Virus record (IMG/VR): IMGVR_UViG_3300033145_000528 | Span: 1 to 52,485 of that record | Origin: a virus | Taxonomy: Duplodnaviria > Caudoviricetes | Direction: 5' to 3' (one strand) | DNA: 52,485 bases | Part shown: piece after piece, positions 1-8,278 of the stretch | Layout of the letters: each line of letters begins with the position of its first letter | Numbering within the stretch: position 1 is the first letter of the stretch | Made by a program: the position numbers and the translations under genes | Notes under the pieces: generated by a model | Database searches by the model: none | Seen by the model: the letters and a program-made list of their open reading frames with translations, nothing else | Told to the model about the DNA's origin: nothing

Positions 1-114
1 ATTATTGAGGGGTATATAGAAAATGAAGAAACGTGGAAAGCTATGCGTCAAACTCGGGGCTTTGTAACAATACTATTGAAGGTACTTTCTGAACTCGAGA
101 TGTGTCATGAAGTT
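1..114. repeat. Terminal direct repeat, copy 1 (assembly overlap indicating a circular or terminally redundant genome)
   Basis: Bases 1-114 are identical to 52372-52485, and an ORF starting at 52309 reads through the junction to a stop at 127-129. Confidence 0.95.
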
Positions 115-132
115 GAACTCAAGGGATGATGA

Positions 133-390
133 ATGATGAAAACAACAGTAGTCCATTGTAAGAAAGCTCCTTTTGATATCTACATTGGGCGTCCATCAAA
201 ATGGGGAAATCCATTTATTATAGGCAAGGATGGGACAAGGGAGGAGGTGATTGAGAAATATTTAGAATACATTTTGGGGAATGATAAGCTTATGGCAGCG
301 TTACCAGAACTAAAAGGGAAAAGGCTTGGATGCTGGTGTAAACCGCTGGCTTGTCATGGAGATGTGCTGGCAGAATTATGTGAAATGTAA
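133..390 (+). CDS. DUF4326 family protein
   Basis: VVHCKK..DIYIGRPSKWGNPF..G.REEVI.KY..LKGKRLGCWCKP.ACHGDVL signature. Confidence 0.9.
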   Translation: MMKTTVVHCKKAPFDIYIGRPSKWGNPFIIGKDGTREEVIEKYLEYILGNDKLMAALPELKGKRLGCWCKPLACHGDVLAELCEM

Positions 391-1637
391 TGTGGAGGAT
401 ACGAGGAATTATGAGAATAGTAGCTATTGACACCGAGACAATACGAGGGGGTGAGCCGTGGAGTGTGCAGATGGCGGATATGGGGCTGAGAAATACTGCA
501 CGTATGTATTACTGTGACATACCACAGGAAATGTGTATAGTCAAGGGGATATTAGAGAAGAATTATGTGCTCACTGTTCTCCACAATGCCAAGTTTGACC
601 TCCGAGTGCTGTCCCAGCTTAACATCCATCCTGCTCACTACGAGTGTACCATGCAGATGGCATACCTGTTAGGCGAACCCAGCCTTAGTCTGAAAGTGTT
701 GGCTTATCGGATAGCAGGTATAGACATGCTAACCTATGAGGATGTCACACGAGAAGCCACGCAAGATAAGGCACGAGCATATTTAATGGAAGTTGTATCA
801 CGGGAATGGGACGATCCTGAACCCGTCATCAAAACAGCCAATGATGGCACAACCAAATTATCATTCCCCAAAAACATTAAGGGAAAAGTGAAAAGATTGT
901 TGGCCAAAGAGGCGAACGACCCATCCACAGACCTGTATGCCGTGTGGAAAGCTATGGATATAACAGGTGGTAGAGGCCAGGTTGAGGCCATCATGGGCAT
1001 AATGGAACGTGCGTATCTGAACGAGATTGACCCGCAGGATGCCGAGGAATACGCCAAACTTGACTCTGAGGCGACTTTAGCCATTTACCCTTACCTACAC
1101 ACCCAAATAGAACGATACGGCTTGCAAGGGGTGTTAGAACGTGATATGGATATTGTCCCAATGGTCATGGAAATGGAAGACAATGGAATAAAACTGGATA
1201 TACCTGTATTAGAGGAATTGAGGACAGACTTAGATAGGCTGGCAGCAGATACACAAGTAGACATAAACTACCTGGCAAAGGGTTATGTTAATCCCAGAAG
1301 TTCCAAGCAAGTAGCGGCATTGCTACAGGACATGGGGATATACACGGATATGGAAACAAGTACGGATGCTCACATACTCGACCAGCATAGAGAGCATACT
1401 ATTGTCAATAAGATACAGGATTACAGAGCATATACCAAATTACAGTCTACTTATGTGGATGCTCTTATCAAGAAAGCACAGGCATCATCTGATGGCAAGA
1501 TACACACGCAGTTCTCCATGACACGAACTGAGACTGGGCGTCTTGCTTCATCCAAGCCGAATTTACAGAATATACCGGTGAGGACAGAGCTTGGACGTAG
1601 AATACGACAGGCATTTGTAAGTGAAAGGGGCGAATAA
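390..1637 (+). CDS. polA: Family A DNA polymerase, N-terminal part (3'-5' exonuclease, thumb, start of palm); probable start at 411
   Basis: ExoI AIDTET, ExoII LHNAKFDL, ExoIII YAKLD, KLQSTYVD, TETGRLASSKPNLQNIP. Ends IRQAFVSERGE* just before motif A. RBS GAGGA precedes ATG 411. Confidence 0.93.
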   Translation: MWRIRGIMRIVAIDTETIRGGEPWSVQMADMGLRNTARMYYCDIPQEMCIVKGILEKNYVLTVLHNAKFDLRVLSQLNIHPAHYECTMQMAYLLGEPSLSLKVLAYRIAGIDMLTYEDVTREATQDKARAYLMEVVSREWDDPEPVIKTANDGTTKLSFPKNIKGKVKRLLAKEANDPSTDLYAVWKAMDITGGRGQVEAIMGIMERAYLNEIDPQDAEEYAKLDSEATLAIYPYLHTQIERYGLQGVLERDMDIVPMVMEMEDNGIKLDIPVLEELRTDLDRLAADTQVDINYLAKGYVNPRSSKQVAALLQDMGIYTDMETSTDAHILDQHREHTIVNKIQDYRAYTKLQSTYVDALIKKAQASSDGKIHTQFSMTRTETGRLASSKPNLQNIPVRTELGRRIRQAFVSERGE

Positions 1638-1801
1638 TGCGTAAAAAGAGACGGTCTAATCTGACCACGAAACAGATTGCTAAGATAGTATTATTGATGG
1701 AGCAGGGCGTAACACAAAGACATATAGCAGAGCGGTTTAACACGACATGTACTACTGTGCGTGATGCAATTAAGCGGAATAGGGAGATGCAACATGATTA
1801 A
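1637..1801 (+). CDS. Small helix-turn-helix protein (54 aa) between the polymerase halves
   Basis: Manual translation MRKKRRSNLTTKQIAKIVLLMEQGVTQRHIAERFNTTCTTVRDAIKR; HTH pattern; TAATG coupling to the upstream gene. Confidence 0.75.
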   Translation: MRKKRRSNLTTKQIAKIVLLMEQGVTQRHIAERFNTTCTTVRDAIKRNREMQHD

Positions 1802-1850
1802 TTGTTCCCTACTTGCCCTTGACTATTCCCAAATCGAAAGGAGAGAATAA
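1794..1850 (+). pseudogene. 18-codon stub duplicating the start of the polymerase C-terminal gene (motif A)
   Basis: MINCSLLALDYSQIERRE* versus MVDCSLLALDYSQIELR at 2208; 12 identical consecutive residues with mostly synonymous nucleotide differences. Confidence 0.9.
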
Positions 1851-2215
1851 TGTCAAGAAATTTATGTAACACGGTTTGTTATTTCTGTGGTCATGAGGTT
1901 GAATTGGTTGAAGAGCCAAGAGAAATAACAAAGGGGGATGCTGGTGTTTATTACGCAGAGTATAAGGGTATGTTAGTCGCTGACGCCAGATGCCCCATCT
2001 GTTTAGCAGAATATTTAGCATGGGTTGACGATAGCAAATGTACTGGACATACAAGAAGCACGGGAGAGTACGGTAGCTTTTTTGATTTGTCGTTTCGCTC
2101 CAGTTTTGATGATGAGCCGGACGATGATGATTTACCTCAATATGATGTACAGGTAATATATCATCGTGTTAGTAGGATAAACCAGAGAATAGGGGGTAAG
2201 GTACGGAATGGTTGA
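1850..2215 (+). CDS. Hypothetical zinc-finger protein between the polymerase halves
   Basis: CYFC and CPIC pairs; RBS AAGGAG; TAATG coupling. Confidence 0.7.
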   Translation: MSRNLCNTVCYFCGHEVELVEEPREITKGDAGVYYAEYKGMLVADARCPICLAEYLAWVDDSKCTGHTRSTGEYGSFFDLSFRSSFDDEPDDDDLPQYDVQVIYHRVSRINQRIGGKVRNG

Positions 2216-2954
2216 TTGCAGCCTACTGGCATTAGATTATTCGCAAATCGAATTGCGTGTAGCAGCCCACGAGTCCCAAGACCCGACCATGCTTGACATA
2301 TTTCGTAATGATGGCGATATGCATATGACAACTGCCTGTCGAATGTTCGGATTGCCCCCTGAAAAGATTGATGACAAGAAACATAGACGACCTGCCAAGA
2401 CCACAAATTTCGGCACAATATATTTAATAAGTGCCAAGGGGCTGTGGCAACAATTCCAGCACGAGGGGCTGACTCAATTCACCAAAAAGGACTGCCGGCA
2501 TTTTCTTGATAGTTGGCGTGGGGCATATCCAGGGTTCTTTGATTGGGTAGAAGAGGTAAGCGCGGAAGCACGCCGTACTGGTATGGTTAGGGACATGTTT
2601 GGTAGGATACGATTCATCCCAGAGGTTAATTCATCACTCAAATATGTGAGGGAAGCTGGTATACGGCAGGCTGTTAATGCACCTATACAGTCAGGAGCAG
2701 GAGGTATATTAAAAGAGGCAATGAGGCAACTACAGCCTATAGTACACCAATGGCAAACTGACTATGGTATCGTATGTCGCCTTTTGCTTCAAGTTCACGA
2801 TGAGCTTATATTTGAAGTGGAAGATGAGTGGCTGCCAACAATAGCTCCACAATTACACGATATTATGGTAAATGCGGTAAGATTGAGCGTGCCTATTAAA
2901 GTGGATGTAGAAACAGGGTACAATTGGAAAGATTTGGGGGCATATAAATTCTAA
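2208..2954 (+). CDS. polA: Family A DNA polymerase, C-terminal catalytic part (motifs A, B, C)
   Basis: Motif A DYSQIELR, motif B RRPAKTTNFGTIY, NAPIQSG, motif C LQVHDELIFE. Confidence 0.95.
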   Translation: MVDCSLLALDYSQIELRVAAHESQDPTMLDIFRNDGDMHMTTACRMFGLPPEKIDDKKHRRPAKTTNFGTIYLISAKGLWQQFQHEGLTQFTKKDCRHFLDSWRGAYPGFFDWVEEVSAEARRTGMVRDMFGRIRFIPEVNSSLKYVREAGIRQAVNAPIQSGAGGILKEAMRQLQPIVHQWQTDYGIVCRLLLQVHDELIFEVEDEWLPTIAPQLHDIMVNAVRLSVPIKVDVETGYNWKDLGAYKF

Positions 2955-2968
2955 CAAGGGAGTAATAT

Positions 2969-3805
2969 ATGGAACGCATCAATAACGTAATCGTAGTATC
3001 AGACACGCATTGTGGGTGCAGGCTCGGTTTATGCCCGCCTGTAGACATCCCACTCGATGATGGTGGTTTCTATAGAGCATCAGCCCTACAACAAAAGGTA
3101 TGGGCATGGTGGGTAGAGTTCTGGGGAGAGTGGGTCCCAACCGTAACAAGGAACGAGCCCTTTGTAGTGGTTATGAATGGGGATGCCATGGATGGTGTGC
3201 ATCATGACACCGTAACCCAGATTTCGCAGAACCTATCCGACCAGAGGCGTATTGCGAAGATGGTTCTTGAGCCAGTAGTAAAACAGTGTTCCGGCAATTT
3301 CTATCTGATACGTGGTACGGAAGCCCATGTTGGCAAATCTGGTCAGAATGAGGAAACACTCGCAGAGGAACTTGGAGCTTTGCCCGATAAGCAGGGAAAT
3401 TATGCACGGTGGGATTTATGGTTGAATGTCGGTGGGAAAGGCTTGGTGAATATACTACACCACATTGGGTCTACTGGAAGCCTTGCTTATGAGACCACAG
3501 CACTCATGAAAGAATATACTGAGGCTTGTAGTGATGCAGGCAGGTGGAATCGTGAAGCCCCTCAGATAGTAGTTAGGTCGCATCGCCATAGGTCGGCTGA
3601 AATAAGAGTGCCCATAGAAGAGGGTTATGGGATTTGTATAGTTACTCCAGGATGGCAATTAAAAACCCCCCTCGTGTGGCGTGTGCCAGGTGCACGTCTT
3701 ACCACGCCTCAATTTGGCGGTATTCTTATTCGTGCAGGCGATGAGGAACTATATACCCGTAGCAAGATATGGAGTGTTGATAGGACAGAAACGGAGGAGA
3801 TATGA
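2969..3805 (+). CDS. Calcineurin-like metallophosphoesterase
   Basis: SDTHCG, NGDAMD, GTEAH, HH and SHRH metal-binding motifs. Confidence 0.8.
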   Translation: MERINNVIVVSDTHCGCRLGLCPPVDIPLDDGGFYRASALQQKVWAWWVEFWGEWVPTVTRNEPFVVVMNGDAMDGVHHDTVTQISQNLSDQRRIAKMVLEPVVKQCSGNFYLIRGTEAHVGKSGQNEETLAEELGALPDKQGNYARWDLWLNVGGKGLVNILHHIGSTGSLAYETTALMKEYTEACSDAGRWNREAPQIVVRSHRHRSAEIRVPIEEGYGICIVTPGWQLKTPLVWRVPGARLTTPQFGGILIRAGDEELYTRSKIWSVDRTETEEI

Positions 3806-4047
3806 CAAAAATAACTCTTGATGAATTGATGGGTGAAATTGATGTTCTGATAAGTGAGGCTAAAATAAGACCGGCACCGCTTACTGAAGACCAGTATCGC
3901 TGCATAAAAGTGGCACGAGAGGCGGATAATCCAGTAACTTGGCGCCGCCTTGCACAATGGTGGAAAGACAGGGGATGGGGAGAAATACGTGTAAATACGT
4001 TAAAAAGTCGTTATTACGATTATAGAATTGGGAAAGGAGACAAATGA
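3802..4047 (+). CDS. Hypothetical protein (possible HTH)
   Basis: ATGA overlap with the upstream gene, RBS GGAG. Confidence 0.6.
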   Translation: MTKITLDELMGEIDVLISEAKIRPAPLTEDQYRCIKVAREADNPVTWRRLAQWWKDRGWGEIRVNTLKSRYYDYRIGKGDK

Positions 4048-4202
4048 CTTCTCGTGATTGGGATTTTGCAATAGGCGATTTGGGAGATCCCCTTGTCGAT
4101 ATAAAACACTGGATGTTGCCGCCGTATCCAAAGTGCTTAGTAGACGCAGGGGTATATAATACACAACACAATGGGGAGGATAAATGCCAAGATATAAATT
4201 AG
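4044..4202 (+). CDS. Hypothetical protein (52 aa)
   Basis: RBS AAGGAG, ATGA overlap; MTSRDWDFAIGDLGDPLVDIKHW... Confidence 0.45.
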   Translation: MTSRDWDFAIGDLGDPLVDIKHWMLPPYPKCLVDAGVYNTQHNGEDKCQDIN

Positions 4203-4888
4203 ACCCTAAAAGAGAACGTCAACGCCCATTCCATGCCTTCGAGGTATATCGTGATCTTGGATATGGACGCACATATAGGGCGGTAGCACGGCAGGTTGAT
4301 GCGTCCCCTGGTACTATATCTCATTGGGCAAAGGTTTACAAATGGGACGAGCGTATCAAAGAGAATGACATTATTGTGCAGCGGAAAAGGGATGCTGGGG
4401 CTATAATGCCTATTGACGATCCAGTCGCCAAGCGTCTTACAGATATAATGAACAAAATGGAGGCGATTATTGATAGTTGTTTCGTGAAAGAGCCTGGTGG
4501 TGATTTCTCGCTTAAAGATAGTCTTAAAATCACGAATGCAGAAGATTTGACCAAGATTATCGCCGAATACCGTAAATTCCTCGAAACCTACCATAAATTT
4601 GTTGCAGAATATATGCCTGATAAAAAAGGCAAAGACCGTTCTACAAAGATTGATAAACTAAACGTGTTTATGGGTGATTTGTCCCAGCAAGAGCGTATTG
4701 ATGTTATGAAGGGGATTGCAAATGAAAATGCCTCTGGAAGAAATAAGCAACCTGAGGGAAGAGTTTCGGAAGCAGATTATACAGAAGTACTTGAACGAGG
4801 GAATGAAGACAGACCTGGACGTACAGGAGTTTCTGGCAGCCCTGCAAATAGCGGTAGTAGGGACGAGGAGACTATGCGGGAATCCTGA
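4184..4888 (+). CDS. terS: Terminase small subunit (HTH)
   Basis: N-terminal AFEVYRDLG.GRTYRAVA..ISHWAKVYKWDER HTH followed by helical region; lies directly before TerL. Confidence 0.75.
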   Translation: MPRYKLDPKRERQRPFHAFEVYRDLGYGRTYRAVARQVDASPGTISHWAKVYKWDERIKENDIIVQRKRDAGAIMPIDDPVAKRLTDIMNKMEAIIDSCFVKEPGGDFSLKDSLKITNAEDLTKIIAEYRKFLETYHKFVAEYMPDKKGKDRSTKIDKLNVFMGDLSQQERIDVMKGIANENASGRNKQPEGRVSEADYTEVLERGNEDRPGRTGVSGSPANSGSRDEETMRES

Positions 4889-7262
4889 CCACGTATCACA
4901 GTTCGGGGTTGTATCCGACATACTCAGAGAAGCGGTGACATATTACGTTATATGGGCGTGCAGGTCAGGTAGTAAGACATTTCTGTTTGGCGGGCTGGAT
5001 TCGTGGGTAAAGAGTTGTAGTCGCCACCATTACGAGACCCGCTTATTAGGTGGGAGTAAGGATCAATCATTATTGTCTTACAAAGCCATGAGTAGGTTTC
5101 GTGACGAAACTGACCCGTTGAATACTCGCTTGGATGGGGATATTCTACAATCACGGGCAACATTCCTAAACAAATCGGAAGTGTCAATCCTTACTGCAAG
5201 TATGACTGCGGTACGTGGGCCACATCCTCAATCACTTAAACTTGATGAAGTAGATGAGATAGATGAGGAAGTATATGAAGCCGCCCTCTCGCAACCAATG
5301 GAAAATTTTGGTTACAAAGACTCACTGGGTATGTTTTCCACGAATCACAACGTCATGGGGCAAATGGATAAAGCGCTTGTAAACGCAAAAGAGCATGGCC
5401 ACGGTATCTACAAATACTGCATTTGGGAGGTCATGGCATCGTGCAGGGATTATAACTGCTCTACGTGTCCCCTTTCCGGGATATGTCCTGGCAAGCAAAT
5501 GAAAGAAGCGGATGGTTATTATTCTGTGGGGGCGTTTATTAAGAAACTCGAAACACTCTCCTATTCCATGTTGGCACGGGATTGGTTATGTATAAAAGTA
5601 GGTCTCGGGGACACGGTGTATGAGCAGGAATGGGATGAGGATACAAATCTATGTAGCGTAGCATTGCAACAAGCCCCTGTGATATTGAGTGTTGACTTTG
5701 GTGGTGTATCGCCGTTTTCTGTAGGTGTATGGCAGGAAGCACCAGATAGACTTGGCGGAAAAGGTACGTGGATACGGGTTACCGAATTGTATATGTGTTC
5801 TGAAGGGACGTATGAAGGGTCTGATAAAAAGAAGGAAACATCTGTTACCAATGCCCAGGTCATCGCACGTGCATTAAAAGCCCCCTGGGCTAAATTAGTA
5901 ACCGAAATAATACCCGACAATTCACGTCCAGACAGCATTCAAGAGTGGAGAGAGGCATTTCCACATGCTAAAATGACTATTGTGAAAAAAGATATAGATG
6001 GCATGATAGACCGTGTTAAATCGGCTCTGAAGCCTATTACTGGCACGCCTAAGATGTTGATTAATCGTATCTGTATGCACTGGCGGCAAGAGGTGCTGAT
6101 GTATGCTGTAAAGAATGATAAGCCAGTAGATAAAAACAATCACTGTTATGACGATCAAACTGAGATACTAACTGAATATGGGTGGAAACTATTTAAGGAT
6201 TTGGATAGGCAGGAAAGGGTAGCGTCCCTTGACAATGAGCGCAATCTTATATGGGCGGAGCCATCGGAGTATGTTGATTATGATTATAATGGTGATATGC
6301 TCGAATATTCTAATCGGCATTTCGGATTCTGTGTAACACCTAATCATAATATGCTTGTCGTATCACAATTCGATGCAAAGAAAACTAAGCAGTATAATCC
6401 ACGATTTGTACCTATTGAGGATATTGGGAATGCGGTGGGAAAAGAGAATAAGGGTAAGCGTAATAGAGCCTCGGTATGGTGGATACCTATGGTATGTAAT
6501 CCCCCTGAAGTTAAAGCCGAAAAGCTGATTGATGGGTATTTTCTCGGATTCTGGTTGGCAGAGGGATGTAAGTCTATTAGCGGTTTTGGGGCTAAATATG
6601 TCCATATTGACAACACTAATATACAATTCTTAGAAAAGGCTACTGCTTCTGTAGGGCATTCTCAGAAACCATACAGGACGGATTCGGGCTGTTATAGGGT
6701 GAGCATTCGTAGTGATGAGTTGTATGATATGCTTCCGAAACAGCGTAGTTGGGAAAAGCGGATTCCAAGATGGTTCATGGAAAACGCATCCACAGCGCAG
6801 TTAAAGCGATTGTATCTTGGTATGATGGATGGGGATGGATGTTGGCAGAGTGCGAGTAGCCACTATAATACTTGTAGTTACGGGTTAGCATCTGACTTTC
6901 AGGAACTTCTAATTAGAATTGGTTTGTATGGAACACTCAGAAAAATAGGTGATGCTGGTACTATAAGTTATATAAGGGGAAGAAAAGTAATATCGAAGCA
7001 TCCGCAATATAGGGTAATTATAAATATCAATAACTCAATCTACAAAGCTATACGTGGTGAGAAACTTAAACGGATTAAGTACTCTGGGAAAATCTATTGT
7101 GTAGTTGTAGAGCCATATCATACTATCATGGTGAGGCGTAATGGTAGTACGATGTGGTGCGGGCAGACAATGGATGAGACTGGTTATTTTGCACTGGCTA
7201 AGTTAGGTGAGGAAGAGGGTGTGTATGTTGGGACTACTAAACATGATGTTATGCCAAGATAG
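4722..7262 (+). CDS. terL: Terminase large subunit containing an intein
   Basis: Walker A-like ACRSGSKT, Walker B LKLDEVDE, nuclease SVDFG and DKNNH|TMD; located between TerS and portal. RBS AAGGGG precedes ATG 4722. Confidence 0.88.
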   Translation: MKMPLEEISNLREEFRKQIIQKYLNEGMKTDLDVQEFLAALQIAVVGTRRLCGNPDHVSQFGVVSDILREAVTYYVIWACRSGSKTFLFGGLDSWVKSCSRHHYETRLLGGSKDQSLLSYKAMSRFRDETDPLNTRLDGDILQSRATFLNKSEVSILTASMTAVRGPHPQSLKLDEVDEIDEEVYEAALSQPMENFGYKDSLGMFSTNHNVMGQMDKALVNAKEHGHGIYKYCIWEVMASCRDYNCSTCPLSGICPGKQMKEADGYYSVGAFIKKLETLSYSMLARDWLCIKVGLGDTVYEQEWDEDTNLCSVALQQAPVILSVDFGGVSPFSVGVWQEAPDRLGGKGTWIRVTELYMCSEGTYEGSDKKKETSVTNAQVIARALKAPWAKLVTEIIPDNSRPDSIQEWREAFPHAKMTIVKKDIDGMIDRVKSALKPITGTPKMLINRICMHWRQEVLMYAVKNDKPVDKNNHCYDDQTEILTEYGWKLFKDLDRQERVASLDNERNLIWAEPSEYVDYDYNGDMLEYSNRHFGFCVTPNHNMLVVSQFDAKKTKQYNPRFVPIEDIGNAVGKENKGKRNRASVWWIPMVCNPPEVKAEKLIDGYFLGFWLAEGCKSISGFGAKYVHIDNTNIQFLEKATASVGHSQKPYRTDSGCYRVSIRSDELYDMLPKQRSWEKRIPRWFMENASTAQLKRLYLGMMDGDGCWQSASSHYNTCSYGLASDFQELLIRIGLYGTLRKIGDAGTISYIRGRKVISKHPQYRVIININNSIYKAIRGEKLKRIKYSGKIYCVVVEPYHTIMVRRNGSTMWCGQTMDETGYFALAKLGEEEGVYVGTTKHDVMPR
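6144..7166 (+). mobile_element. Intein (341 aa) with LAGLIDADG homing endonuclease in TerL
   Basis: Begins CYDDQTEILTEYGWK; block B VTPNHNM; LAGLIDADG-like FLGFWLAEG and YLGMMDGDG; ends YCVVVEPYHTIMVRRNG..WCGQ before a Thr. Confidence 0.92.
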
Positions 7263-7346
7263 GAGGATGAATGGCGACCCAAAGTATGTAACTATGGGTG
7301 AGAAACGAATAGAGCCATATTTACAACAAATGAAAAGAGGACTATA

Positions 7347-8126
7347 ATGCTTGAAATAAACAAAATATATCAGGGTGATTGTTTGGAATTAATGCCCGAG
7401 ATACCAGATAAAAGCATTGACATGATACTTGCTGATGTACCATATGGAACTACTGCCTGTAAGTGGGATACCATTATTCCCTTAGAACCAATGTGGGAAC
7501 AATTAAAGAGAGTTATTAAACTGAATGGGGCTATTGTAATGACAGCAAGCCAGCCTTTTACAACTACATTAATAAGTTCAAATATGAAAATGTTTAAGTA
7601 TGAGTGGATATGGATGAAAAGTCGTGCCGTAGGTTTTCCAAATGCTAAAAATAAACCAATGAATAAACACGAAAATGTGCTTATTTTTAGTAAGGGCGAT
7701 TGTGCAAATCGTTGCAAATTAAGAATGAATTATTATCCGCAGGAATTAATAGAAATTAATAAACAAGTAAATGGTATCAAGGTATGTAAAGGCGATGTTG
7801 ATGGACATGGTTTTGCCCGTCCTTCTCATAAAAAGAAACGAATACAGCAATATACAAATTTTCCAAATTCTATTTTGTCAATAGCTAATGTAGGGAATAC
7901 AGTTCACCCCACTCAAAAACCAGTTGCTCTTTTTGAATATCTGATTAAAACTTATACAAACGAAGGTGATACAGTTTTGGATTTTGTGATAGGCTCAGGC
8001 ACAACCGCAGTAGCCTGTATCCGTACAAATCGAAACTTCATCGGCATGGAATTAGACAAGAACTACTATGATATAGCGTGTAAACGTGTTGAGCAGGAAC
8101 TGGCACAAACAAAACTAAAACTCTAA
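7347..8126 (+). CDS. DNA N6-adenine/N4-cytosine methyltransferase (beta class)
   Basis: GDCLE, catalytic DVPY, HPTQKP, SAM-binding DFVIGSGTT. Confidence 0.92.
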   Translation: MLEINKIYQGDCLELMPEIPDKSIDMILADVPYGTTACKWDTIIPLEPMWEQLKRVIKLNGAIVMTASQPFTTTLISSNMKMFKYEWIWMKSRAVGFPNAKNKPMNKHENVLIFSKGDCANRCKLRMNYYPQELIEINKQVNGIKVCKGDVDGHGFARPSHKKKRIQQYTNFPNSILSIANVGNTVHPTQKPVALFEYLIKTYTNEGDTVLDFVIGSGTTAVACIRTNRNFIGMELDKNYYDIACKRVEQELAQTKLKL

Positions 8127-8172
8127 TAAGGAGAAATCATAGCAATAACACATCACATCTCCCACATATAGT

Positions 8173-8211
8173 AAAAAAGTACTTGACATATTCTGTATAT
8201 TGACATATCAT
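8173..8211 (+). promoter_or_regulatory. Sigma70-type promoter for the head operon
   Basis: AAAAAAGTAC then TTGACA (8183-8188), 17-bp spacer, TATCAT (8206-8211). Confidence 0.75.
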
Positions 8212-8278
8212 TCGGGGGACGTATCATTTCGATACATTTTCTACGTGTATCATTTTAGTACACCCGGAGGTATGTTTA

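Noticed and set aside
1-114. Terminal repeat as the biological genome end
   Set aside because: It falls inside an ORF and has the form of an assembler overlap; it shows circularity, not the packaging terminus.
1623-2220. Split intein or T4 gene 60-style hop joining the polymerase halves
   Set aside because: No intein N- or C-blocks flank the break (the Asn-Cys in the stub is not enough), and there is no matching in-frame GAA landing codon just upstream of either motif-A start.
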